Source of the DNA: an uncultured Planctomycetota bacterium
GTDB taxonomy: Bacteria > Planctomycetota > Planctomycetia > Isosphaerales > Isosphaeraceae
Assembly: GCA_963737655.1 (NCBI GenBank)
Contig: CAVTTN010000002.1
Location: forward strand, 6,144,001-6,208,000
Direction: 5' to 3'
Length of the DNA stretch: 64,000 nt
Part shown: positions 43,182 to 52,311 of the stretch, in pieces
Numbering within the stretch: position 1 is the first letter of the stretch
Layout: every line of letters starts with the position of its first letter
Notes under the pieces: model-generated
Databases searched by the model: none
The model's input: only the letters and a program-made list of their open reading frames with translations
What the model was told of the DNA's origin: nothing
Program-made: the position numbers and the translations under genes

Positions 43182-44506
43182 ATGGCCACTCAACGCACCA
43201 CCGACCCGCTGACCCTCTGGCGAGCGATCGTCCAGGCCGGCGGCATCCCGTCTTATATCGATGCGCAACTCGCCGAGCGCGGCTTCCTCGTCGCCCGGCG
43301 AGAGACCGACGGGATGTCCGAGCGCGAGCTGGCCGAGTACAAGAAGTCGCTGAAGGCGGAGGCCGCCGAGAAGGTCCGCCTCCGGCGCGAGGCCTGGGCC
43401 GCGTATCGGGCCGAGCACATCGTCTACCTCGGCGACGGCATCTACTGGAAGGACGACCCCGGGCCCGACAAGTGGGACCACCCGAAGGCCGAGGAGCGGG
43501 CCGCCGAGAACGAGCTGCCGCCGCTCGACTCCCCCCGCCAGCTCGCCGAGGCGCTCGGGCTGACCGTCGCGCAGCTCCGCTGGCTGGCCTTCCACCGCGA
43601 CGCCGCCCGGTCGATCCACTACCGGCGGTTCACCATCCCCAAGCGAGACGGCTCCGAGCGCGCCATCTGGGCCCCGATGCCCCGGCTGAAGGCCGCCCAG
43701 CGCTGGATCTTGTGGAACATCGCCGAGAAGCTGCCGGTCCACGGGGCGGCCCACGGCTTCCTCCCGGGCCGCTCGATCCTCTCGAACGCCGCGATCCACC
43801 GGGCGCCGGACCTCGTGGTCAAGATCGATCTCAAGAACTTCTTCCCGACGGTCTCATGGAGACGCGTCAAGGGCCTGTTCCGGAGCGCCGGCTACCGCGA
43901 GCACGTCGCCACCTTGCTCGCCCTGCTCTGCACCGAGGCCCCTCGCGAGATCGTCGAGGACGAGGGGAAGACGTATTTCGTGGCCCTCGGCCCGCGATGC
44001 CTGCCCCAGGGCGCGCCCACCAGCCCCGCGCTCACGAACACGCTCTGCCTCCGGCTCGACCAAAGGCTCTCGGGCCTCGCGAGGAATCGGGGCTGGCGCT
44101 ACACCCGCTACGCCGACGACCTCACCTTCAGCCGCCCGGGCGATGCGAAGGGCCCGCCCGGGATCGGCCGTTTGCTCGGCTCGGTCCGGAGGATCGTCGA
44201 GGGGGAAGGGTTCGCCGTCCACCCGGGCAAGACCACGGTGGGCCGCACGGGGGGCCGGCAACGGATCACCGGCCTGGTCGTCAACGGCGACCGCTCGCCC
44301 CGGCCCACCCGCGAATTCAAGAGGAACCTGAGGGCGGCGATCCACAACCTCGCCGCCGGGAAGGACGCCGAGGGCGGCGAATCCCCGGCGGTGCTCGCCG
44401 GCCGCGCCGCGTTCGTCGCCATGACCGAGCCCGAGCTCGGCCGCGCCCTGCTCGATCGATTGAACCGGGCGCTCGAAGCCCGGGCGCCGGGGCTTCGAAC
44501 CCCTAG
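43182..44506 (+). CDS. Retron-type reverse transcriptase (myxobacterial Mx162/Sa163-like), ~441 aa
   Basis: IPKRDGSERAI, AAHGF, retron region X NAAIH (NAxxH), DLKNFFP, LPQGAPTSP, YTRYADD, region Y RITGLVVN. N-terminal extension (AGGI..YI.AQL...HIVYLGDGIYW) as in Mx162-type RTs. The TAG at 44504-44506 comes into frame if one G is restored in the GGGG at ~44489-44492. Confidence 0.92.
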
Positions 44507-44513
44507 CTCGACC

Positions 44514-47144
44514 TCATCGGCCCGGGGCGACGGCCTTCTGGAGGCCGGTGACGACCTCGGCCCCCGGGGGCTCGCAGATCCTCGGGACCGCCAGGCGGAC
44601 GCCGTGGTCCCGGAACTTGACCAGGGGGGACTCGGGGAAGCTCACCGCCACGTCCGGGTTGCCGGGTCGGAAGCCGTGGTCCAGGGCCCTTTCCTGGACC
44701 GCCTGGGTCATCAGGAACTCGAGGAACCGCCGCGCCTCCTTCCTCTGCGCCTCCGAGCTCCAGGGGACGTCCAGGACGTAGTAGGGGTGGTCGTTCCACA
44801 CGTTGGGATCGGCGTAGATGACCTGGAGGGAGCCGGCCTCGCCCCACTTCGAGAGGGCCTTGTCGATCGAGTCGATCGCGAGGTTCTCGTACACCAGGAC
44901 GCAATCGAATTGCGAGGGGCCCTTGTTGACCATCTCCTTCATGAGCGTCCCGGTGCTCGCCGTGAGCGAGCCCGAGGGCCGGGTCAGCCGGGATTCGAAC
45001 GTCGCGAGCCAGGAGACGAAGTCCTCGCCGCGGACGTCCTCGACGGTCAGGTGACGAAGCTTGGCCCGGAACTCGTACGCCATGAGGACCAGGGCGAGGA
45101 ACCCGCTGTTGGACGTCTCCGGGTCGGTGTGGGCGAACTTGAACAGGCCCCACTCGGGCTTCTCGGCGATCGATCTCCAGCCGTCGGGCTCGGCCATCGC
45201 CCGGCCGATCGTCTTGAAGGAGACCTCGCCGTACTTCTTGACGAAGGCGTCGTGGCGGTCTTTCCACATGACGAAGACCATCGGCGTGACGGCCAGCTCG
45301 CGCGCCTCCAGGATCGCGGGCCGGTCGTGCTTCGCCTTCCAGCGCTCCTCGAAGAGCTTCCGGTAGGCGCTGCTGGCGGGGCTCCAGACGTGGATCGGCC
45401 GGTCCCCCGGGCCGTCCAAAACGAGGTTGGCGCCTTCGAGCGATCCGAGGCCCCTCAGGGTGATGTGGGACCGCTTGCCCTCGGGGGTGGCCTCGTAGTC
45501 CTTCAGGGCCGCCTTGAGCCACGCCTCCTTCTCGGTCCCGTAGGCGATCACGACCTCGGGCAAGTCGCCCGGGACGGTCGGGATCCCCGAGGCCGAGCCC
45601 GCCGACCCGCCCGGCTTGGCCGAGGACCGGCGGACCTCCTCCGGACCGACTCCCCAGAACCCCCGGATCGACGGCCACATCGCCGCGATCAGGAGGCCGG
45701 CGACGACCAACGCCGAGGCCGCCGCGATCAGGCCCCGGGCGCCCTTCTTCCTCGGAGGCCCCGCCGGCTTCGGCGCCGAGGCCGAGGGAGCCGCCGGGGC
45801 GCCGGTCAGGCCCGTCCGATCGGCGAACGAGAACTCGGTGAACGAGACCTGCGAGGGATGCCTCGGCGGGGGGGCGCCGGTTGCTTCATCGGCGAGGTCC
45901 GGCCTCGGCCTCTCGGCGAACGAGAACTCGGTGAACGAGACGTTCGAGGACGGGTCTCTCGGCGGGGGCGTGGGCGCCTCGATCGTGCCGGGGTCGGGCC
46001 TCTCGGCGAACGAGAACTCGGTGAACGAGACGTTCGAGGGATGGGCCGGGAACGGCCCGGTGGCGTCGGTCGGCCCGACCACCGCCCGGAGCTGGACGGT
46101 CTGATCCTGGGGGAGGACCCGGGAGATCGTCCCGCAGTGAATGCAACGGACCTCCTCGCCCACGAACCGGGTGTCGGCGCCGATCAGGGCCCGGCACGAC
46201 GGGCAGGGGACGAGGCCGACGGGCACTCGTTCCGGGGCGGCCTCGCGAACCGAGGGCGCCTCGGGCAGTTCGGCCAGGGCCTCCTGGGCCATCATCGCGC
46301 AGGAGGCGAAGCGGTCGTTGGGCTCCTTGGACATCCCCCGGCGGATCGCCCGGGAGAGCCTCGCCGGGATGCCCGGCAGGAGCTCGTCCAGGGGCGGCGG
46401 GTCGATGTTCGTCTGGTTCACGATCGTGGCCGAAGGCGACGGCCCGACGAGGTAGTTCTTGCCGGTGAGGACCTCGTGGACGGTCAGGGCGAGCGAGTAC
46501 TGGTCGGCCCGGCCGTCGGTCCGGGCCCCGATGACGATCTCGGGGGCCACGTAGCTGGGCGTCCCCAGGAGGAAGCCCGGGGCCGTCAGCGAGTTCTCCT
46601 CGGCGGTCCGGGCCTCGTCCCGGGAGAGGGCCTTGATGATCCCGAAGTCGCCGATGAACGCGTTGCCGTGGGCGTCGAAGAGGATGTTCGCCGGCTTCAC
46701 GTCGCGGTGGATGTGCCCCTGGGAGTGGATGAAGTCCAGGGCCCGGGCCACGTCCAGCAGCCAGTCGCGGAGGGAGGCCGGGTCCATCGGCCGGGCCTCG
46801 CCCTCGGGCCCGCCCTGCATCCGCTCCTTCAGGCTGCCGCCGGTCAGGTACTGCATGACCACGAACGGGCGGTCGCTCATCACCCCCACGTCGATGATCC
46901 GGACGATGTGGGGGTGGCCCAGCTTCACCAGAGACCGCGTCTCCCGGCTGAACCGCTCGATCAGGTTCGGCATCGGCATCCCCTGCTCGGGGCCGATCGG
47001 GAACTTGATCACGACCTCGGTCTGGAGGTTGTTGTCGAACGCCCGGAAGACCTGCCCCATGCTCCCCGAGCCGATCCGGCCGAGGACCCGGTAGCGGCCC
47101 CCGCCCAGGGCCCGGCCGATCCAATCTTCAGTCGCGCCGACCAC
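44514..47144 (-). CDS. Hanks-type Ser/Thr protein kinase with Zn-ribbon, Pro-rich repeats, TM helix and extracellular solute-binding domain
   Basis: IGSGSMGQVF, HRDVKPAN, DFG, YVAPE; CPSC...CIHC; TM helix; SBP-like C-terminus (YGTEKEAWL, WSPAS, HTDPETSNSG, HGFRPG). Confidence 0.9.
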   Translation of the reverse strand: MVGATEDWIGRALGGGRYRVLGRIGSGSMGQVFRAFDNNLQTEVVIKFPIGPEQGMPMPNLIERFSRETRSLVKLGHPHIVRIIDVGVMSDRPFVVMQYLTGGSLKERMQGGPEGEARPMDPASLRDWLLDVARALDFIHSQGHIHRDVKPANILFDAHGNAFIGDFGIIKALSRDEARTAEENSLTAPGFLLGTPSYVAPEIVIGARTDGRADQYSLALTVHEVLTGKNYLVGPSPSATIVNQTNIDPPPLDELLPGIPARLSRAIRRGMSKEPNDRFASCAMMAQEALAELPEAPSVREAAPERVPVGLVPCPSCRALIGADTRFVGEEVRCIHCGTISRVLPQDQTVQLRAVVGPTDATGPFPAHPSNVSFTEFSFAERPDPGTIEAPTPPPRDPSSNVSFTEFSFAERPRPDLADEATGAPPPRHPSQVSFTEFSFADRTGLTGAPAAPSASAPKPAGPPRKKGARGLIAAASALVVAGLLIAAMWPSIRGFWGVGPEEVRRSSAKPGGSAGSASGIPTVPGDLPEVVIAYGTEKEAWLKAALKDYEATPEGKRSHITLRGLGSLEGANLVLDGPGDRPIHVWSPASSAYRKLFEERWKAKHDRPAILEARELAVTPMVFVMWKDRHDAFVKKYGEVSFKTIGRAMAEPDGWRSIAEKPEWGLFKFAHTDPETSNSGFLALVLMAYEFRAKLRHLTVEDVRGEDFVSWLATFESRLTRPSGSLTASTGTLMKEMVNKGPSQFDCVLVYENLAIDSIDKALSKWGEAGSLQVIYADPNVWNDHPYYVLDVPWSSEAQRKEARRFLEFLMTQAVQERALDHGFRPGNPDVAVSFPESPLVKFRDHGVRLAVPRICEPPGAEVVTGLQKAVAPGR
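45820..46031 (-). repeat. Three identical 29-bp in-frame repeats in the kinase linker (VSFTEFSFA)
   Basis: TCGGCGAACGAGAACTCGGTGAACGAGAC at 45820, 45913 and 46003 (periods 93 and 90 bp). Confidence 0.85.
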
Positions 47145-47196
47145 GGAAGACCTCCTTCGAGACGGGAGAGGATGGGCCGGGGCCGAGGCCGGGGTC

Positions 47197-47799
47197 TCAG
47201 GACCCGGCGACGGCCCGGGCTCCCGGGCCGATCGGCAGGGCGATTCGGAACGTGGTGCCGACCCCGGGTTCGCTCGCCACGTCGATCGTCCCGCCGTGCT
47301 CGACGATCGTCGAATGAGCCAGGCTGAGCCCCAGGCCGGTGCCCCGACCCACGGCCTTGGTGGTGAAGAACGGGTCGAAGATCCGGGGGAGGCTCTCCGG
47401 CGCGATCCCGCAGCCGTCGTCGCCGATCTCCACGATCGCCCGGTCCCCTTCGGACCGGGTGGACACGACGATCCGGCCTCGGCCTCGGCCCGAGTCCTCG
47501 ATCGCCTGTTCCGCGTTCATCAGCAAATTGAGGACGGCGTCCCGCAGCGCCCCGTCCCTCGACTCGTCCGGCCCCAGGCCCAGGAGTTCGGCGAGGGGAG
47601 CCGTGGCCGAGATCAGCCGATACGTCCCCGGTTCGAGCCGGGCGATCATCTCCCCGGACCGGCCCGCCCGCGAGTTCGGCAAGGGCATCAGCATCGACCG
47701 GCTGACCGTCTGATCCCCGCCCGCCGCCGACACCCCCGCCCCGCCCGCCGGAGCGGGCAGGGACTGGCCGCAAACAGAGCACTCGCGGTTGGGAGGCAT
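47197..47799 (-). CDS. HATPase_c (histidine-kinase ATPase) domain protein lacking an evident HisKA domain
   Basis: N box LNLLMNA, G1 DDGCGI, F box IFDPFFTTK, G2 GTGLGLS; N-terminal CSVC. Confidence 0.75.
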   Translation of the reverse strand: MPPNRECSVCGQSLPAPAGGAGVSAAGGDQTVSRSMLMPLPNSRAGRSGEMIARLEPGTYRLISATAPLAELLGLGPDESRDGALRDAVLNLLMNAEQAIEDSGRGRGRIVVSTRSEGDRAIVEIGDDGCGIAPESLPRIFDPFFTTKAVGRGTGLGLSLAHSTIVEHGGTIDVASEPGVGTTFRIALPIGPGARAVAGS

Positions 47800-48153
47800 C
47801 GCGGCTCATCAACGGGGCATCGATCGACCGAGAGGCCGGGGACCCGGGTCGCCCCATTCTGACCGATTGGTGTGAAGAAGAGATGAAAACCGCCGGAATT
47901 AACGGATTGAGGGCGGAGACGACCCGGATCGCCGAAAGCATCCTCGGAGGCTCGGCGATCCGTCAAGGGCCCGCCGACGTCCAGGCCGGGAGGGCTTGGC
48001 CCGCCCTCGGGGCGATCGCCGAGATCCGCCTCCGGCACGACCTGCCGGGGCCCCGGTGACGTGCGGGGTCGATGTCCTCCGCGTCCGCTCGGCCGGCGAG
48101 CGGCCGGTGGGTCCGGGCGATCTTTCCGATTCCGGCGAGGCCCCGCGAGGCCC

Positions 48154-49020
48154 TCATCCTTCGGGCTTGCCGGCCGCCGGCAGGCCGTCGAGGAATTGAT
48201 CCAGGGCGTCGAGGTACTCGCGGGAGGGATCGTCGTTGTGGCCCCCTCCGGGCACGACCACGAGCGTCTTGGGCTCGTTCGCCTTGCGGAAGAGGCGGCG
48301 GCCGAGCTCGATGGGCACCACGCGGTCGGCGTCTCCGTGGGTCTGCAGGAGAGGGCCGTGGTACTGGCCGATCTTGGACTCGGAATCCAGGCGTGTGGAC
48401 ATCAGCAGGCGGACGGGCATGAACCGGGGCAGGTGGTGGGCCGCGACGTCGGGCAGCGAGCTGAACGTGTTCTCCAGGATCAGCCCCCGGGCCCCGTCCC
48501 GGGCCGCGAGATCGACCATCACGCCCCCTCCGAGCGATTCCCCGGCCAGGACGATGTCGCCCTCGGCGACCCCCGTCCGCTCGGCCAGCCACCGACGAGC
48601 CGCCCGGGCGTCGGCGAGGATCCCGGGCTCGCTGGGCCGGCCCTCGCTCCGGCCGTAGCCCCGATAATCGAAGATCATCACCGAGGCCCCGAGCTCGTCC
48701 CGGAACCGCGAGAGGACCGATCGCCGGCTCGTCAGGTTCCCGGCGTTCCCCTCGGCGAACAAAACGACCGCCCGGGGATGCTTCGCCTCGGCGAACCAGC
48801 CGTTGAGGCGGACGCGGTCGGGCGTCTCGAACCAGACGTCCTCGATGCCCGGGTCGCCCGTCTTCCAGTCGCCCTGGGGGAAGGGGCGAGGGTGGAAGAT
48901 GGCCGACTCTTCCAGGCTCATCCGCGACGCTCGCGACCTCGGCAGCGTCCCGCACCCGGCCGCCCCGAGGGGGAGCAGCACGGCCGCGACGACCGCCCAT
49001 CTCGCCAGGGATCGGCTCAA
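48154..49020 (-). CDS. Alpha/beta hydrolase (ABHD13/Bem46-like), probable lipoprotein
   Basis: FDYRGYGRSEG, GESLGGG nucleophile elbow, HGDADRVVP, GGHND; lipobox-like AAGC. Confidence 0.88.
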   Translation of the reverse strand: MSRSLARWAVVAAVLLPLGAAGCGTLPRSRASRMSLEESAIFHPRPFPQGDWKTGDPGIEDVWFETPDRVRLNGWFAEAKHPRAVVLFAEGNAGNLTSRRSVLSRFRDELGASVMIFDYRGYGRSEGRPSEPGILADARAARRWLAERTGVAEGDIVLAGESLGGGVMVDLAARDGARGLILENTFSSLPDVAAHHLPRFMPVRLLMSTRLDSESKIGQYHGPLLQTHGDADRVVPIELGRRLFRKANEPKTLVVVPGGGHNDDPSREYLDALDQFLDGLPAAGKPEG

Positions 49021-49204
49021 GGCGCACCCCCTTCGTCCGGGTCGGGACCGCCCGCTCCGCCGCGAATCGCGGGACTCTAGGCCGGTGGCCGGGGCCCGTC
49101 AAGGCGAGAACGCGCCTCTCCGGTGGCCCCGTAGCTGGCTCAAGGCTAGAATCGACCGTCCGAACCCGGGAGACCCGATCGTTCCCTGAAGAGGTGGATG
49201 AATC

Positions 49205-50176
49205 ATGCGATGGGCCCCGCCCCTCCTCGCCGGCCTGCTCCTGACGGCCTCGGGCCTGCCTGCCCCGGTCGAGGCCGAGGACGCCCCGACCCCCGAGCAG
49301 AGGGCCGAGGCGCTCCGCCGTCACGGGCTCGACCCGGCGTCTCCCCTGGGCTCTCGGGTGAAGGAAACCCCCGAGGCGGTCCTCAAGATGTTCCGGGAGG
49401 CCGGGTTGGCCGTGCCCACGCCCCACGCCCTGACCGACGACGAACGGCGGAAGCTCTCGGCCGCGTTCGAGGCCCTGCCGCCCCTGCATCGCCGGGTCCT
49501 GGCCGAGCGGCTGAGGAGCGTGAGCTTCCTCGACGGCATGCCCAACACCGCGCTGACCTCGACGATCAACCCGGACGAACCCTACCGGCTCTTCGACATC
49601 ACCATCCGCGCCGGCATCCTCCGCGAGGACGTCTCCGAATGGTTCACGTGGAAGGAGGGGACCTGCTTCGACGCCTCCGGCTCGAAGCGGGGCCTCTCGG
49701 TCGAGGCCGGCAAGCTCGACGCGATCCTCTACCTGCTCCTCCACGAGGGGACGCACGTCGTCGATGCCTCGCTGAGGCTCACGCCGCCCCCGAGGCCCGC
49801 GACGGGCCCGACGGCCACCGCGTTCACCCAGGGCGTCTGGGCCGACCGCACGGTCGCCGTCCCCCGCTATCGCGACCCGCTCCTGGAGCGCGTCAAGTAC
49901 CGGGCCGGGGGCCAGGTTCTCCCCATCGACCGGGCCGAGGCGGTCTACGAGGCCCTCGGCCGGACGCCGTTCCCCTCGCTCTACGGCAGCAGCAACTGGC
50001 ACGACGACCTGGCCGAGTCCCTCGCCCTGTACCACCTGACCCAGAAGCTCAACCAACCCTACCGGATCGTGATCCGGCAGGACGGCCGCGAGGTCTTCGC
50101 CTCCGAGCCCATGAACTCGAAGCTCGTCCGCTCCCGGTTCGACCTCATGAAGCGATTCTATGAGGACGGCCAATGA
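49205..50176 (+). CDS. Secreted hypothetical protein with HExxH (possible zinc metallopeptidase)
   Basis: Signal peptide; LLHEGTHVVD and downstream DDLAE. Confidence 0.65.
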   Translation: MRWAPPLLAGLLLTASGLPAPVEAEDAPTPEQRAEALRRHGLDPASPLGSRVKETPEAVLKMFREAGLAVPTPHALTDDERRKLSAAFEALPPLHRRVLAERLRSVSFLDGMPNTALTSTINPDEPYRLFDITIRAGILREDVSEWFTWKEGTCFDASGSKRGLSVEAGKLDAILYLLLHEGTHVVDASLRLTPPPRPATGPTATAFTQGVWADRTVAVPRYRDPLLERVKYRAGGQVLPIDRAEAVYEALGRTPFPSLYGSSNWHDDLAESLALYHLTQKLNQPYRIVIRQDGREVFASEPMNSKLVRSRFDLMKRFYEDGQ

Positions 50177-50459
50177 TCCGGGGAGGGCGGCCGGCCCCGA
50201 TCGGAACCCGTGCCAACCAAGACCCTTCCACAGGGCACTCCCGAAGGATCTTCCACCGAGGGGGAAACGGCCCCGGCCCGATCCTCGCCGCTCTTCCCTC
50301 CCGGCCGCCTTCCGCGTAAGCTCTTAGGGCGACTCCGACCGCGGGGCGAGCTTGGGTAGCACCGGGGCGACGGTCGGGATCGAGTCGAATCGGATCGAGT
50401 CGATCATCCCGGCGGGCCGCCCTTCCAGGCGAGGCCCGCCCCTCCAGGAGACGCGAGCG

Positions 50460-51752
50460 ATGGCCCACGACCAGAACCAGACCACCGACCGCCGCACGTT
50501 CCTCCAGGCCGGCGCCGTCGCCGCCTCCGCCCTGGCCCTGCCCTCGGGCCTGAGGGCCCAGGACGACCCCGCCAAGGACAAGGACAAGGCCGCCGCGCCG
50601 GCCCAGGCCCCCGCCGAACCCATCCCGACCCGACCCCTGGGCAAGACCGGCGTCCAGGTCACTCTGCTCGACCAGGGCGCCGTCCGCGGCTCCGCCTACG
50701 ACAACGTCCTGCGGCTCTCCTTCGCCCGCGGCGTCCGCATGTTCGACACCGCCAAGGTCTACGGCACCGAGCCCAACCTCAAAAAATGGTTTCAGCAGGT
50801 CCCCGACGTCCGCAAGCAGATCTTCCTCGTCACCAAGGACTCCCCCAAGCGGCCCACCCAGATGCCCGGCATGGTCGACGACCGCCTCAAGGCCCTGGGC
50901 ACCGACTGGATCGACCTCTTCTTCATCCACGGGCTCGGGGATGAACACAAGCTCCAGGACGCCGTGGACATGGTCTCCGGCAAGGGGGAGATCGGCGCCG
51001 AGTTCAAGAAGGCCGCCGACGACATCCGCAAGTCCGGCAAGGCCAAGTTCATCGGGTTCTCCTCCCACCACAAGCAACGCGCCGCCATCATCCAGGCCGC
51101 GGCCGAGGGCGGGATCGTCGATGCCGTGATGCTCCAGTACGCCCCCTGGCTCGACAAGGATTCCGCCCTGAACAAGGCCCTGGACTCCGCCCACAAGGCC
51201 GGCATCGGCCTGATCTCCATGAAGCAGGTCGCCGGCAAAGGCGGATTCGGCGACGCCCCCAACTTCGACGTCCTCGAAGAGGTCAAGAAGCGCGCCCCCA
51301 TGCTCATGGAGAAGGGCCTGAGCGCCCACCAGGGCCTCCTCCACGCCATCTGGACCGACGAACGCATCAGCGCCGTCTGCGTGTCCATGAGGAACACCGA
51401 CCAGGTCCGCCAGAACACCGACGCCGCCCGGTCGTTCGAGCCCCTGAAGGCCGCCGAGCTCTTCCAGCTCCGCGACGCCGTCCTGACCCACGGCCGACCC
51501 ACCCTCTGCACCGACTGCGACGGCCGATGCTCCGCCGCCGCCGGCACCACCGCCGAGCTCGGCAACCTCACCCGGTTCCTGACCTATCACCAGCACCTGG
51601 GCGACCGCTCCGAGGCCCGCCGCCTCTTCGCCGCCATGGACCCCCAGGCCCGAGACTGGTCGGGAGCCGACCTCAAGGCCGCCTCCCGCGCCTGCCCCGG
51701 CGGACTCGACTTCTGCACCCTCATGCCCCAGGTCCAGAAGCACCTCGCTTGA
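50460..51752 (+). CDS. Tat-exported aldo/keto reductase with C-terminal Cys cluster (Fe-S-like)
   Basis: DRRTFLQ Tat motif; FDTAKVYG, IDLFFIHG; CTDCDGRC...CP. Confidence 0.88.
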   Translation: MAHDQNQTTDRRTFLQAGAVAASALALPSGLRAQDDPAKDKDKAAAPAQAPAEPIPTRPLGKTGVQVTLLDQGAVRGSAYDNVLRLSFARGVRMFDTAKVYGTEPNLKKWFQQVPDVRKQIFLVTKDSPKRPTQMPGMVDDRLKALGTDWIDLFFIHGLGDEHKLQDAVDMVSGKGEIGAEFKKAADDIRKSGKAKFIGFSSHHKQRAAIIQAAAEGGIVDAVMLQYAPWLDKDSALNKALDSAHKAGIGLISMKQVAGKGGFGDAPNFDVLEEVKKRAPMLMEKGLSAHQGLLHAIWTDERISAVCVSMRNTDQVRQNTDAARSFEPLKAAELFQLRDAVLTHGRPTLCTDCDGRCSAAAGTTAELGNLTRFLTYHQHLGDRSEARRLFAAMDPQARDWSGADLKAASRACPGGLDFCTLMPQVQKHLA

Positions 51753-51855
51753 CCAGTTTCTCAGGTCAAACCAGGCCCCCCGGATGACGCAGCTCACCCA
51801 GGGGGCTAAATTCCCCGCGATCCCGTAGTTCGCCGAGACCGACGCGTCGAACGTT

Positions 51856-51946
51856 GGATGGCATGCCCACGTCTTCGTGGTCATGGCTTCGGGCTCGGTT
51901 TGCCCAAACCGAAGGCATGCCTAAGAAGACGTGGGCATGCCACTCA
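51856..51946. repeat. REP-like palindrome pair, family B (degenerate)
   Basis: GGCATGCCCACGTCTTCGTGGTCATG ... CATGCCTAAGAAGACGTGGGCATGCCAC, matching 9452-9549. Confidence 0.75.
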
Positions 51947-52311
51947 AATTCTCACTTGATGAGAACGCAAGGGCCTGGAATCATCAATTTTTCCAAAGTT
52001 GACTACACTTGGCGATCCAAAGCGGCACCAACCGCCGAAAAAACCGCCGAATGCTCGCGCGCAGTCACTCGTGCGCGCCGACGCCAGCTTGTCTTTGGAT
52101 GAATGGATCGCTCGCGCGCAATAAGCAACCTCTCCAGGATTTGCGCCGAACGCTTTTTCGAGCGACCCTCCCCGAAAAATGGCCGAACGGGCGCATTCGG
52201 CGCCCGGTTCGCGCCCGCGAGTGCGCCGCGTCCCGTTCCCGGCGGCCGCCGATTCGGTGATCGCGCCCGGGGGCCTCTCGCGATGATCCCCTTCGGGGCG
52301 GGGTCTCGCCG

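Noticed and set aside
43182..44506. RT read as a group II intron, DGR or CRISPR-associated RT
   Set aside because: It has the retron NAxxH and (V/I)TG motifs. No maturase/X domain, intron domain V, TR/VR pair or cas1 is visible.
45820..46031. Three identical 29-bp direct repeats with ~62-bp spacers, superficially like a CRISPR array
   Set aside because: Periods are multiples of 3, the repeats are in frame within the kinase CDS, the spacers resemble each other (Pro-rich), and there are no cas genes
43182..47327. 1381-aa RT fusion protein in the ORF track
   Set aside because: Everything after ~aa 440 is the antisense shadow of the Ser/Thr kinase; one restored G gives a normal stop at 44506
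51950..52310. Longish convergent intergenic region with small hairpins, possible sRNA
   Set aside because: No recognisable tRNA, riboswitch or other RNA family signature, and no convincing promoter-terminator pair
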